A stretch of 64,000 nucleotides of DNA from assembly GCA_964601175.1 (NCBI GenBank), contig CAZRMJ010000003.1:27-64026 (forward strand). Reading direction: 5' to 3'. Below the pieces are notes generated by a model. It saw nothing but the letters and a program-made list of their open reading frames with translations. It ran no database searches and had not been told where the DNA came from. Below are positions 18,565 through 27,982 of the stretch, piece after piece (position 1 is the stretch's first letter; every line of letters starts with the position of its first letter). This DNA comes from Candidatus Woesearchaeota archaeon. Its GTDB lineage: Archaea > Nanobdellota > Nanobdellia > Pacearchaeales > GW2011-AR1. The translations under genes were made by a program, and so were the position numbers.

Positions 18565-20754
18565 TTACTGATTCTCAGATAAACCCTTTCTTTCTCTTAT
18601 CTTTCTAACTACTGTTTCCTGTAATTCTCTAGGTAATTGTTTGAAGTCCTGAGTTATCAAACTAGAAACTCCTCTACCTTCAGTAATACTTCTCAGATCA
18701 TTACTCCATCCAATCATTTCAGAAACAGGAATTCTAGCTTTTATGAAAACATCTACTCCTTTCTGTTCTACATCAATTAAAACCCCTCTCTTACTTCCAA
18801 CTAATCCAGTAACTGATCCCATATAATCAACAGGTGCTTCTATCAAGTGAGTCTGAATAGGTTCAAGAATTGCAGCTCCACCCCTAGTCATAGCATTAAA
18901 CATTCCAAGTCTGATAGAAGGATATATCTGAGCAGGACCTCTATGCATATGGTCTACGTGTAGTTTAGCATCATGCAAAATAAATTTGGTCTTCATTAAA
19001 GGTTCTTTAGCTAAAGGACCATTATCTATTACAAGTCTCCATCCATCAATTATTGATTCTATAACTTCTGAAAGTAATACTAGACCTCTTGTTTGATCTT
19101 CGAAAACATTACCTTTGTAAATATCCCTATAAGCTCTAGCCTCATCGTTAGAAATTCCAAGAGAAGATAATTTGTTCCATATATCTTCAGGTTTCTTCTT
19201 TAATCTTCCTTCAGGAATTTCTCCTTTTTCAATCGCATCATAAACATTATCTTCAAGGGGCTGCATGCTAAGGAAGAATATGTTATGTCCATTAGGAGTT
19301 CTACTCTCAATCTCTCCACTATCTTTAGTGATAGTTTCACGATAAACAATTATAGGATTACCCATCTTAACTTCAAGTCCCTTTTCAGTCTTTATTCTTC
19401 CTTCAATAATTTCTAAATGTAATTCTCCCATTCCAGAAAGCAAGTTCTCTCCTGTTTCTTCATTTATTTCAATCTTTACAGAAGGATCTTCTTTTCCAAC
19501 CTTACGAAGAACTTCTATAAGCTTAGGAAGATCTTGAGGTTTTGTAACTTCTATAGACTTAGTAATTACTGGTTGGAATATGTGCTTAAGCTCTTCAAAA
19601 GGAGTTTGCTCATCAACAGTTATTGTTTCTCCAACATCTACATTTACTCCAGATATAGCCAAAACATTTCCTGCAGGAACGCTATCTAATTGTTCAGGTT
19701 TAATTCCATTATAAACTAAAACTTGTTGGATCTTAGCCTTCTTCTTGCTGTTATTACAATAAACTTCCATTCCATTCTGAATAGTACCTGAATATAATCT
19801 TCCAGCACAAATTTCTTTTCCTGATCTTGGATCAATAACTATTCTTGTAACTACGAAAGCCAACTGACCATTTCTATTACATCCTACAAGATCTTGACCA
19901 AGTTTACTATCCAAATCTCCTCTCCAAATCTTAGGAATTCTATATTTCTGAGCTTCAATAGGATTAGGCAAATGCTTTACAGCCATATCCAAAACTACTT
20001 CATGTAATGGAGCATTCTTCCAAACCCATTCTTTTCTCTGTTCATCTTCCATTTCATAAATCTTAATTATGTCGCTGAAGCTAATATTTTTCTTCTTCAT
20101 GAATGGAACTGACAAAGCCCAATTCTCTCTTGCAGAACCAAAAGCAACACTACCTTCTGCAACATTAACCCTCCATTTTTCTGCCAATTCAGGTTCAGCA
20201 ATTTGCAATATAAGAGTATTAAATTCTGCTATGATTTTAGCAAAACGTTCTTGCATTTGTTGAGGAGTAACCTTAAGCTCCTTGATCAATCTATCAACTT
20301 TGTTTATGAACAAAACAGGTTTAACCCTTTCACGTAAAGCTTGTTTCAAAACAGTTTCAGTTTGAGGCATTATTCCTTCAACAGCACAGACCAAAACAAA
20401 AGTACCGTCAATAGCCCTCATAGCCCTAGTTACGTTACCTCCAAAGTCTATGTGTCCTGGAGTATCAATTAAGTTAATCAAATATTCTTGAGTTTCATAT
20501 TCGTGACCCATGGACACGTTAGCAGCGTCTACTGTCATCAATCTCTCTTGCTCATCTTTATGCTGCCATGTACTCATTCCCTCTTCAAGATCTCCTGCAT
20601 TCTTAGCAGCCATCATTCCAGCAGCAGCAAGCAAGTTGTCTGTAAAAGCAGTCTTACCGTGGTGAATGTGAGCTGATGTTGCAACATTACGAATATTAGC
20701 CTGATTACTAGTCAAACGCTGTATCTTCTGTAAACTTGTTTCCTTTTCTGCCAT
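18565..20754 (-). CDS. fusA: Translation elongation factor 2 (aEF-2)
   Basis: G1 AHIHHGKT, G3 DTPGHIDF, G4 NKVDR, five-domain length (729 aa), and the diphthamide-region motif HVDHMHRGPAQI. Confidence 0.95.
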   Translation of the reverse strand: MAEKETSLQKIQRLTSNQANIRNVATSAHIHHGKTAFTDNLLAAAGMMAAKNAGDLEEGMSTWQHKDEQERLMTVDAANVSMGHEYETQEYLINLIDTPGHIDFGGNVTRAMRAIDGTFVLVCAVEGIMPQTETVLKQALRERVKPVLFINKVDRLIKELKVTPQQMQERFAKIIAEFNTLILQIAEPELAEKWRVNVAEGSVAFGSARENWALSVPFMKKKNISFSDIIKIYEMEDEQRKEWVWKNAPLHEVVLDMAVKHLPNPIEAQKYRIPKIWRGDLDSKLGQDLVGCNRNGQLAFVVTRIVIDPRSGKEICAGRLYSGTIQNGMEVYCNNSKKKAKIQQVLVYNGIKPEQLDSVPAGNVLAISGVNVDVGETITVDEQTPFEELKHIFQPVITKSIEVTKPQDLPKLIEVLRKVGKEDPSVKIEINEETGENLLSGMGELHLEIIEGRIKTEKGLEVKMGNPIIVYRETITKDSGEIESRTPNGHNIFFLSMQPLEDNVYDAIEKGEIPEGRLKKKPEDIWNKLSSLGISNDEARAYRDIYKGNVFEDQTRGLVLLSEVIESIIDGWRLVIDNGPLAKEPLMKTKFILHDAKLHVDHMHRGPAQIYPSIRLGMFNAMTRGGAAILEPIQTHLIEAPVDYMGSVTGLVGSKRGVLIDVEQKGVDVFIKARIPVSEMIGWSNDLRSITEGRGVSSLITQDFKQLPRELQETVVRKIRERKGLSENQ

Positions 20755-20812
20755 TTTAATAATGATAAAGCGTTTTACAAAAATAGGTTTTTAAAACTAT
20801 CCATGAATAAAG

Positions 20813-21220
20813 TCATAAAACTTTAGACATTACGGCTATAAATATGACTGTAAGATTGATAGCAGAGACTATACAATAAATGCAAAAAGCTCTAAGAACA
20901 ACAGCCTGTATAAATAAGAAGTAAAGCGAAAAAGCAAATCCAAAAACTGACAGAGCAATAACAGGCCAGAAAGGCATAGAAGTATACAAATTAAATAAAG
21001 TAAAAAGGAAAATAGCAGCATAAAGAAGCAATCCTAAATAACCATTAGGAATTCCAAACATTTTACTATACTTACTGTATTGAACTTTTTTACACCAACT
21101 CTTTGGAAAAAACCAACATTTCACAAGCTTTCCAGTTGTTGCATGAAAAGAAATATACATTGCATCAAAAATACCTATGATTGAAAAAATAATCAGTATT
21201 AGTGAAACAGGTTCCATCAT
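20813..21220 (-). CDS. Vitamin K epoxide reductase (VKOR) family membrane protein
   Basis: Four TM helices, loop cysteines (KCWFFPKSWCKK), SKYSKMFGIPNG and the redox motif FCIYCIVS (CxxC). The track start is GTG and ATGs lie at 21220 and 21217. Confidence 0.75.
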   Translation of the reverse strand: MMEPVSLILIIFSIIGIFDAMYISFHATTGKLVKCWFFPKSWCKKVQYSKYSKMFGIPNGYLGLLLYAAIFLFTLFNLYTSMPFWPVIALSVFGFAFSLYFLFIQAVVLRAFCIYCIVSAINLTVIFIAVMSKVL

Positions 21221-21293
21221 CACTCAATATTAAAGAGAATCAAGACATTATAAATATTATTAAAAATAAAAAAAATAAAAATTATTTATATTC

Positions 21294-21701
21294 TTAGTTA
21301 GAAGAAGCTTCAAGATTATGCCCCATGCGATAAGGCATTATTCCATACTCTTTCTGAAGAGTCTGAACTTTTGAATAATCTCCAGTTTTCTTTGCGTCTT
21401 GTATAGCAGATCTAAATTCTTCCATCTTAGCATGTTGATCTACAATAGCATTAAAGTTATTCTCCGTAATCTGAGACTGCATGTAAGCAATCTGCTTTTC
21501 CATAAGATCTTTCCAAACAGAATAATCTTTGTTATCTATTGCGTCTTGCATAGCCTTACGATCTTCTTGAATGGTCTGAATATCTTGATTAGCCATAGGG
21601 CTACCAAAACCGAACCATCCATGTGCAGCAGCCAAACCCGAGACCCCTAGTAATGCTACTGCAGCAAACACAAAGATTCCAAGCACGTTTTTGTTTTTCA
21701 T
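21294..21701 (-). CDS. Secreted helical protein (unknown)
   Basis: Signal peptide VLGIFVFAAVALLGVSGLAAAHG followed by a charged helical region. Confidence 0.6.
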   Translation of the reverse strand: MKNKNVLGIFVFAAVALLGVSGLAAAHGWFGFGSPMANQDIQTIQEDRKAMQDAIDNKDYSVWKDLMEKQIAYMQSQITENNFNAIVDQHAKMEEFRSAIQDAKKTGDYSKVQTLQKEYGIMPYRMGHNLEASSN

Positions 21702-21808
21702 GTTTTTTGTTTACCCCCTTTCAGCTCTTCACAAGCAATGCAACCCTATAACTTGCAACAGCTCGAAAATGTTAAATAAAAAATCCTTTTAAGCAAGGTG
21801 GATTAATC

Positions 21809-21833
21809 GTCCATTTATGGACTTAAAGTCCAT
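21809..21833. promoter_or_regulatory. Three GTCCAT/ATGGAC half-sites upstream of the ABC operon (candidate operator)
   Basis: GTCCAT-tt-ATGGAC-ttaaa-GTCCAT, ending 42 nt before the ATG at 21875. A related ATGGA-n7-TCCAT follows the operon stop at about 23421-23437. Confidence 0.35.
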
Positions 21834-21874
21834 TAAGAAGATTTTTAAAGATACAAACTAAAAAACTTAGTAAA

Positions 21875-22675
21875 ATGGATTCTATAATTCAAGTAAACAA
21901 TTTAGTAAAAAAGTTTGGAAATTTCGAAGCTGTAAAAGAGATATCTTTCTCAGTTCCATTGGGAAAAAGATTTGCATTTCTGGGTCCAAATGGAGCAGGA
22001 AAAACCACTACAATAAAAATGTTAACAACTATTCTTCAACCTACTTCTGGAGAGATAATAATAAACTCATTTAATCCTCAAAAACAACAACAAGAAGTTA
22101 GAAAATCATTCGGGATAGTATTTCAAGATCCAAGTTTAGACGATGATCTAACAGCATATGAAAATCTAGAATTTCATGGAATATTTTATCAGGTACCAAA
22201 AAAAATCAGAAGAGAAAGAATAGAAACTTTAATGAAATTGGTAGACTTATGGAGTAGAAAAGATGATTTGGTAAGAACATTCTCTGGAGGGATGAAAAGA
22301 AGATTAGAAATAGCAAGAGGATTGTTACACCATCCAAAAATATTATTTCTAGACGAACCAACATTAGGCTTAGATCCTCAAACAAGAAACCATTTATGGA
22401 ATTATGTTGAAAATTTAAACAAAACAGAAGGAATGACTATATTCTTCACAACACATTACATGGAAGAAGCTGATAAAAATTCAGATATTGTCGCAATAAT
22501 AGATAACGGTAAAATAATAATCCAAGGTACTGCTTCTGAAATAAAGAAAAAAACAAAATCTAAATCCCTTGAAGAAGCATTCCTTAAACTAACTGGACAT
22601 TCAATAAGAGAAGAAGAAGCTTCGGCAAAAGATCAATTCAGAAATATGGCAAAACTCTGGGGAGGAAGAAGATAA
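21875..22675 (+). CDS. ABC transporter ATP-binding protein (ABC-2/DrrA-like exporter subunit)
   Basis: Walker A GPNGAGKTT, signature FSGGMKRRLEIA, Walker B ILFLDEPT, H-loop TTHYMEEA. Confidence 0.92.
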   Translation: MDSIIQVNNLVKKFGNFEAVKEISFSVPLGKRFAFLGPNGAGKTTTIKMLTTILQPTSGEIIINSFNPQKQQQEVRKSFGIVFQDPSLDDDLTAYENLEFHGIFYQVPKKIRRERIETLMKLVDLWSRKDDLVRTFSGGMKRRLEIARGLLHHPKILFLDEPTLGLDPQTRNHLWNYVENLNKTEGMTIFFTTHYMEEADKNSDIVAIIDNGKIIIQGTASEIKKKTKSKSLEEAFLKLTGHSIREEEASAKDQFRNMAKLWGGRR

Positions 22676-23421
22676 TGGGCGCAATACATGCTATGTGGTT
22701 AAGACAACTAAAGAAGACTTGGAGATCTAAAGCAAGAATAATAGGTTCGTTAGGGCAACCATTACTGTTCTTATTGGCCTTAGGATTTGGACTTGGAAGT
22801 ACATTTAGCGGATCAGGTCAAGGAAATTATGTACACTTCTTAGTCCCTGGAATAATTTCAATGGGAATATTATTTACTGCAATGTTTGCAGGAATAGAAA
22901 TAATATGGGATAGACAGTTTGGATTTTTAAAAGAAACTTTAGTCGCACCAATTCCTAGATGGAAAATAATGTTAGGAAGAACTCTTGGAGGAGCAACAAT
23001 AGCATTCATTCAAGGACTAATAATATTTCTCATAACATTTGCAATTGGATTTAGGCCAGCTTCAATTTTTGGAGTAGTTATTGGCTTATTATTTATGTTC
23101 ATAATTGCATTTATGTTCACTGCATTAGGAACGGCAATAGCTTCAAGAATGAGGGATATGCAAGCATTTCCACTTATAATGAACTTCCTCATAATGCCTC
23201 TATTTTTCCTATCTGGATCTCTATTCCCTATATCTAATGCACCAAAAACATTGCAAATAATTTCTTTATTCAATCCACTTTCATATGGAGTCGATGGCCT
23301 AAGAGATGCCTTATCTGGAGCTGGAAATTTACCATTGTACATAAACTTGTTAATGCTTTCAACAGTAACAATATTATTAGGATTAATAGGCTCACATATG
23401 TTTTCTAAAATAGAAGCTTAA
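22675..23421 (+). CDS. ABC-2 type transporter permease
   Basis: Six TM helices. TAATG overlap with the ATPase gene. Length and topology are typical of ABC-2 permeases. Confidence 0.85.
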   Translation: MGAIHAMWLRQLKKTWRSKARIIGSLGQPLLFLLALGFGLGSTFSGSGQGNYVHFLVPGIISMGILFTAMFAGIEIIWDRQFGFLKETLVAPIPRWKIMLGRTLGGATIAFIQGLIIFLITFAIGFRPASIFGVVIGLLFMFIIAFMFTALGTAIASRMRDMQAFPLIMNFLIMPLFFLSGSLFPISNAPKTLQIISLFNPLSYGVDGLRDALSGAGNLPLYINLLMLSTVTILLGLIGSHMFSKIEA

Positions 23422-23877
23422 TGGACCTCAAATCCATGCGCCTTATCCTTTCAGTCATAATTAAACGAACCTTAATTACTCTTTAAATAAATATCGGAAA
23501 CATAAATTTCAAAACACATATAGTTATAACCTTAAAAATTTAAAGAATATAAATGGTCATTTTGAAAGAGGTAAATCTTGAAAGAGAAGATGCAAGTAAA
23601 ATAACTCTTGTAGATAGTATTCCATTACTTGGGGATCAAGACCAATTGATAGAATACCAATTTTAAGAGAAGTTATGGGAACAGAAGCTAGATCTAGAAG
23701 AATAGCAAAATTATACGGATCAATAAGAGGGTATGAGGGATTTAGCTTAAATGTAGATATGGCAGATCCAACTTTTCCTTACTATGCTGATTTTTATATG
23801 CTAGGCTAATAACAAGAAAACCAAGAGCAAGAAAGCTTAAACAATGTTTAAATAGTAAATATCACTTGAAAAAATAA

Positions 23878-24279
23878 ATGATGTCGAAGAAAACCTATGT
23901 CGTTTACCTTATAGCAATAGGTTTAGTCTTAGCATACTTATTGATAATTAATATAACTGCAAATATTCTTTCGAATGGCAATTCTGGAAGTAGCAAAACT
24001 TTAAACAAAAATAACTATGGGGATGTAGTCTTAGGAGTAAGCGATAGTATTGATGTAAGCGTAGTAAGAAATAGATGGTACGGTACGATATTAGAACAGA
24101 GTGGAACAAACACCAAGTTAAGCAAACTTTACTTATTCGGTCTTATAACCCTCCCCATTGACGTAAATGGCAGCAACCTTGTTTGGATACATATCTTATT
24201 TCTGATTGTAATTGCAGGCATAACATATTATGCTACAAATAGAATAAATAAATATTATTTTGAAAGGGGGTATTTCTAA
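23878..24279 (+). CDS. Bitopic membrane protein (N- and C-terminal TM helices), unknown
   Basis: 133-aa ORF that opens the surface-protein island. TM helices at residues ~7-28 and ~103-122. Confidence 0.5.
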   Translation: MMSKKTYVVYLIAIGLVLAYLLIINITANILSNGNSGSSKTLNKNNYGDVVLGVSDSIDVSVVRNRWYGTILEQSGTNTKLSKLYLFGLITLPIDVNGSNLVWIHILFLIVIAGITYYATNRINKYYFERGYF

Positions 24280-24280
24280 T

Positions 24281-24421
24281 ATGAAAACGTGGCAGAAAAT
24301 CCTGATAATATTTTTAGCAGGATTAGGATTTTATGTTCTTACCGGAGATGTTAGCATCTCTCTTCTATTGATCGTACTTTTTGGGTATTTTGAGCTTAGA
24401 AGAAAGGAAAGACATTACTAA
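24281..24421 (+). CDS. Possible 46-aa two-TM micro-protein
   Basis: The ATG lies 1 nt after the preceding stop. Sequence MKTWQKILIIFLAGLGFYVLTGDVSISLLLIVLFGYFELRRKERHY. Not in the track because it is under 60 aa. Confidence 0.35.
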   Translation: MKTWQKILIIFLAGLGFYVLTGDVSISLLLIVLFGYFELRRKERHY

Positions 24422-24532
24422 ATTTCAAAAAAATTAATTTATTTTTTATTTTATTAAATATCTCTTAAAATAAGCCTTTGACTCAATTAAATTTAAATAG
24501 TCTAATTAATTTACAAATGTCGAGGTTGATAA

Positions 24533-24736
24533 ATGGCCAACTTACAAAAATTTGTTGTTGTTTTACTTGTTCTTACAATAGTTTTGTCTGCAGTTTCAGT
24601 GGTTTTCAATCTTATAATTTTCAAAATGAGTTCTGAAAACAACCATGTTGTTAAAGAGATTCAATCCTCCAATGTCGGAAATGTAGGATTAGTCGTTGAG
24701 GGCTCCAACACTCCTAGTGGTGGTTCTAATGGCTAG
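24533..24736 (+). CDS. Small signal-anchored protein (unknown)
   Basis: TM FVVVLLVLTIVLSAVSVVFNLIIF followed by VGNVGLVVEGSNTPSGGSNG. The stop overlaps the next ATG (ATGGCTAG). Confidence 0.45.
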   Translation: MANLQKFVVVLLVLTIVLSAVSVVFNLIIFKMSSENNHVVKEIQSSNVGNVGLVVEGSNTPSGGSNG

Positions 24737-25361
24737 CTCAAAAGTTGTCGCATTCCTTGCTTTTGTTGCAGTCATTACATCTTTATTTTCAATAGGACTT
24801 GTTTATAATTCTACGAAGGGGTTGTTTAATATCATCTCCGGATATGCAACTTCAACGGGAGAAGCAAATCTTACAGTAGAATCTGTTGTCTCAATTAATT
24901 TTACCACAGCACATATAAATTGGGGATCTGGAAGAGTAAATGCAGGTTACGCTTCTGCTGGACTTAATACTCTTGAAACAAATAACGTTACTAATGGTAA
25001 CTGGACGCTTCAAAATGCTGGAGGATTAAGAATAGAAAACATTGGAAATGTTAATGTTACATTAAACTTGAGCGGTACCAAAACTGCAGCCCAGTTCATA
25101 GGAGGAACTGGTCCAACTTACAAATGGAATGTTTCCAATGTAGAAGCTAGCAGTTGTTTGAATTCTACAGGAGGTACCGCTACATTACCTTTAAACAACT
25201 TTTATGATGTTAATACCAGTACCGCATTGTTCTGCGGCCGTCTTCAATTTTTAGACTCTTCAGACTCAGTTAGAATTGATTTTAATTTAACCATTCCTTC
25301 AGACTCATTTACCGGATCTATAGGAGACACAATAACTGCAACTGCTTTTATATCACCTTAA
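24729..25361 (+). CDS. Signal-anchored beta-rich protein with a TasA/camelysin-like pattern (tentative)
   Basis: The track start at 24696 is TTG and an ATG lies at 24729 (MASSKVVAFLAFVAVITSLF). The body, GEANLTVESVVSINFT...INWGSGRVN...LRIENIGNVNVTLNL...VRIDFNLTIPSDSFTGSIGDTITATA, resembles the C-terminal domain of the 2204-aa protein. Confidence 0.6.
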   Translation: MASSKVVAFLAFVAVITSLFSIGLVYNSTKGLFNIISGYATSTGEANLTVESVVSINFTTAHINWGSGRVNAGYASAGLNTLETNNVTNGNWTLQNAGGLRIENIGNVNVTLNLSGTKTAAQFIGGTGPTYKWNVSNVEASSCLNSTGGTATLPLNNFYDVNTSTALFCGRLQFLDSSDSVRIDFNLTIPSDSFTGSIGDTITATAFISP

Positions 25362-25400
25362 TTTTAAAAAGATATTTAAAATAACCTTCTTTTCATTTTA

Positions 25401-26522
25401 ATGATGAAGTTTAGAAATATTTTGATACTAGTTATTTTAATTAATGCAATTGCATTAGTTTCCTCTTTAGGAATATCTCCCGCACTCAAAGATGTTTCTT
25501 TCGAACCAGGCAAAGAGGTAAATGTTACCTTTTTTGTTCTTGATGCTTCAGAAGATTCTTTTTATGACATCTCCATTCGAGGAGGAGATTTAGAACCTTA
25601 CTCCACTCTTAGCACTACTTCTGTTAAGGGAGGAAGTAATTTTATCTTAACAATTCATTTCCCTCAATCAATAAATGAACCAGGCCAGCATACAGTTAGC
25701 GTTAGTATCAAAGAAAGGCCTTCTGAATCTTCTTTTATTAATACAATTGTAGAAGTTGGCTCAGTAGTTACGGTTTTTGTACCTTATCCAGGAATTTATG
25801 GAGATCTTTCATTAAATGTTCCAGACGGAAATGTAGATGATAAATTACCTGTAGAGCTTCACGTGATAAATAGAGGAGATAATATTTTAAGCTTAGATAA
25901 AGTTTTCATAGATCTTGTTTCAGCAGAAGACTCTGTTGTTTTAACTGCTAATTTTACTCCAGTGGATATTCCAGTTGGAGGAGATAGATACTTTAGAAAG
26001 TATATGGATACTCAAGGAATAAGCCCAGGAAACTACTTAGCAATTGCTCACGTTTTTTATTCTGGAAATGAAAGACAATTAAATAAGTCCCTAAAAATAG
26101 GATCTTTATTTGTTAATATTACAAATTATACCAGATCCATTGAAAAAAATGGCATTCAGAAATTTTATGTTACTGTTGAAAGTCAATGGAATTCTCCAAT
26201 TTCCGCAGTTTATGTAGATGTAAATATCTCAAATAATCTTAATGAGAGTTATTCGTTCAGAACCCCTTCCATAGATCTGAAACCTTGGGAGAAAAAAGAT
26301 ATTGAAAGTTACCTAGATACAGATAAACTCGAAGGCATTTATACAGTCAATCTTAATGCAAGTTATCTTGGTCAATCAAGTTATCTAACTGGAAGTCTTG
26401 AAATATTGAGCAATAACCAATTACTAGCCTATTCATTAATAATTGCGGGAGTAGTAATCCTTGTAGCTATATTGATTATCTGGATCATAAAAAGATCGCA
26501 TAAAAAAGGAAAAAGAAAATGA
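25401..26522 (+). CDS. Multi-Ig-like surface protein with C-terminal TM anchor (paralogue of 43388-44569)
   Basis: Signal peptide, then shared motifs with the 393-aa protein (GISPA/AITPA, EPGQH/SPGSH, VPYPGIY/VPYPGKY). C-terminal TM plus basic tail KRSHKKGKRK. Confidence 0.7.
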   Translation: MMKFRNILILVILINAIALVSSLGISPALKDVSFEPGKEVNVTFFVLDASEDSFYDISIRGGDLEPYSTLSTTSVKGGSNFILTIHFPQSINEPGQHTVSVSIKERPSESSFINTIVEVGSVVTVFVPYPGIYGDLSLNVPDGNVDDKLPVELHVINRGDNILSLDKVFIDLVSAEDSVVLTANFTPVDIPVGGDRYFRKYMDTQGISPGNYLAIAHVFYSGNERQLNKSLKIGSLFVNITNYTRSIEKNGIQKFYVTVESQWNSPISAVYVDVNISNNLNESYSFRTPSIDLKPWEKKDIESYLDTDKLEGIYTVNLNASYLGQSSYLTGSLEILSNNQLLAYSLIIAGVVILVAILIIWIIKRSHKKGKRK

Positions 26523-26926
26523 AGAAGATTTTAATTTTAGCTTTTTTTATATCTTTTATTGTATTTTTAATGTCTCTTTCTGTTTTTTATTACTCTTTTT
26601 ATCCTGTCAAGATGTCCTCTTTTTTTGCTAATGCTGCAGTCACTCAAAATACAGCAGGTTTTGATATCAATTCCTCTGCCCTAACATTTGGGAGCGTAGC
26701 AATAGGAGGAACTTCAACAAGATCAATTTCAATAAATAATTCGTATCCTTTTCCAGTAAAAGTCAAAGTTAAAGCCCAAGGCACCATTTCAGATAAAATT
26801 TCGTATACTCCATTAATAATAGAACCAAATAAAGTCGAATCCTTAAAGATCACTTTTTCATCTAATTCAAGCTTAGATATTGGAAATTATGAAGGAAACA
26901 TATCTTTTATCCTCTATAGGGCTTAA
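26519..26926 (+). CDS. Signal-anchored single Ig-like (PapD/MSP/ASH-like) domain protein
   Basis: ATGA overlap with the previous gene. LTFGSVAIGGTSTRSISINNSYPFPVKVKV...LKITF...GNYEGNISF fits the pattern of a small beta-sandwich. Confidence 0.6.
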   Translation: MKKILILAFFISFIVFLMSLSVFYYSFYPVKMSSFFANAAVTQNTAGFDINSSALTFGSVAIGGTSTRSISINNSYPFPVKVKVKAQGTISDKISYTPLIIEPNKVESLKITFSSNSSLDIGNYEGNISFILYRA

Positions 26927-26965
26927 ACTTAATAAACTATTTAACTGAGTTTTATTTAGTTATAT

Positions 26966-27982
26966 ATGGTAAACATTAGATTAATGAAAATTCTATTAGT
27001 TATTGCAGTTATTTCTTCTCTAGCAAGTTTATCTTTTTCAATATGGATCTATACATTTGACTTTAGCTCAAAATTATCTGCCCACTCTTCTTCTCAAGCA
27101 GAAATTGGATTAAGCGTGGAACAATCTAATGCTTATTGCGGAGATAATTTATGTAACGGGGCAGAAACTTGTTCTAGTTGTTCTGCAGATTGTGGTGCTT
27201 GTTCTTCAGGATCATCTGGAGGATCTGGCGGAGGATCAAGTTATTCAGCAGCAAACTTTAAAGTAAACAAAGACAATTTCAATATAAAAATTGTTTCAGG
27301 AGATAGTCAAACAAACGAAGTAATAGTAGAGAATACTGGAAACATCCCCTTGAATATAAAAATTTCAGCAGTAGGTATAGAAAATTATATTGAGTTTAGC
27401 TCTGATTCTATTTATATTTCAAAAGGTGGAGTTACATCATTTAATTTTAAAGTCAATGGCCCAGAACCAGGAGTTTATGCAGGAAAGATAATCTTAACTT
27501 ATCAAGGAATAACTAAAGAAATTCTTGTTGTACTTAATGTGGTCAGTGAGGGAGTCTTATTTGATACCGTAGTTACTGTTCCAGATCTTTATAGAATTCT
27601 TAGGCAAGGTCAAAAACTGCCAGCATTAATAGAGCTTTTAGAACTCGGACAAGAAACAGGAGTTGATGTTACAATGACCTATGTTATAAAAGATTTTGAA
27701 GATCATATTTACTATACTGAATCAGAAACATTTTATGTAAAAGGTGCTAAAAGTTACAGCAAAAGATTTTCCACATCAAATCTTAGCCCTGGAGATTATA
27801 TTTTAGGAGTAGAACTTAGTTATATAGGAGGATTTGCTGTATCTACTGCACACTTTAGAATATCTGATTCAATAATAACTCCTCAAACCTGGGTAGCAAT
27901 AGGATCAATAATATTAACAGTCCTCGTAATTATTTTAGCAATATTATTTTTCAGAAAAAAATCCAAGGAGAAATTAAAATGA
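26966..27982 (+). CDS. Surface protein with a Cys-rich CGD..C..C..C..DCG.C knot, a Gly/Ser linker, two Ig-like domains and a TM anchor
   Basis: YCGDNLCNGAETCSSCSADCGACSSGSSGGSGGGSS. The following two domains align by eye with the C-terminus of the 2193-aa giant (VIVENTGNIPLNIKIS vs LVIENTGNRNIALNLE, and GVYAGKIIL...VLFDT vs ELYIGKIVA...ALFDI). Confidence 0.7.
   Translation: MVNIRLMKILLVIAVISSLASLSFSIWIYTFDFSSKLSAHSSSQAEIGLSVEQSNAYCGDNLCNGAETCSSCSADCGACSSGSSGGSGGGSSYSAANFKVNKDNFNIKIVSGDSQTNEVIVENTGNIPLNIKISAVGIENYIEFSSDSIYISKGGVTSFNFKVNGPEPGVYAGKIILTYQGITKEILVVLNVVSEGVLFDTVVTVPDLYRILRQGQKLPALIELLELGQETGVDVTMTYVIKDFEDHIYYTESETFYVKGAKSYSKRFSTSNLSPGDYILGVELSYIGGFAVSTAHFRISDSIITPQTWVAIGSIILTVLVIILAILFFRKKSKEKLK

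Noticed and set aside
23553-23808. Two short ORFs in different frames (37 aa MVILKEVNLEREDASKITLVDSIPLLGDQDQLIEYQF and 44 aa MGTEARSRRIAKLYGSIRGYEGFSLNVDMADPTFPYYADFYMLG) that might be a frameshifted pseudogene.
   Set aside because: No recognisable family and no clear way to join them. They could equally be chance ORFs or micro-proteins, so they are not reported as features.
24696-24728. The longer TTG-initiated form of the 210-aa protein (MRAPTLLVVVL...).
   Set aside because: It overlaps the preceding ORF by 41 nt. The ATG at 24729, overlapping that ORF's stop, fits the coupling pattern seen throughout the island.
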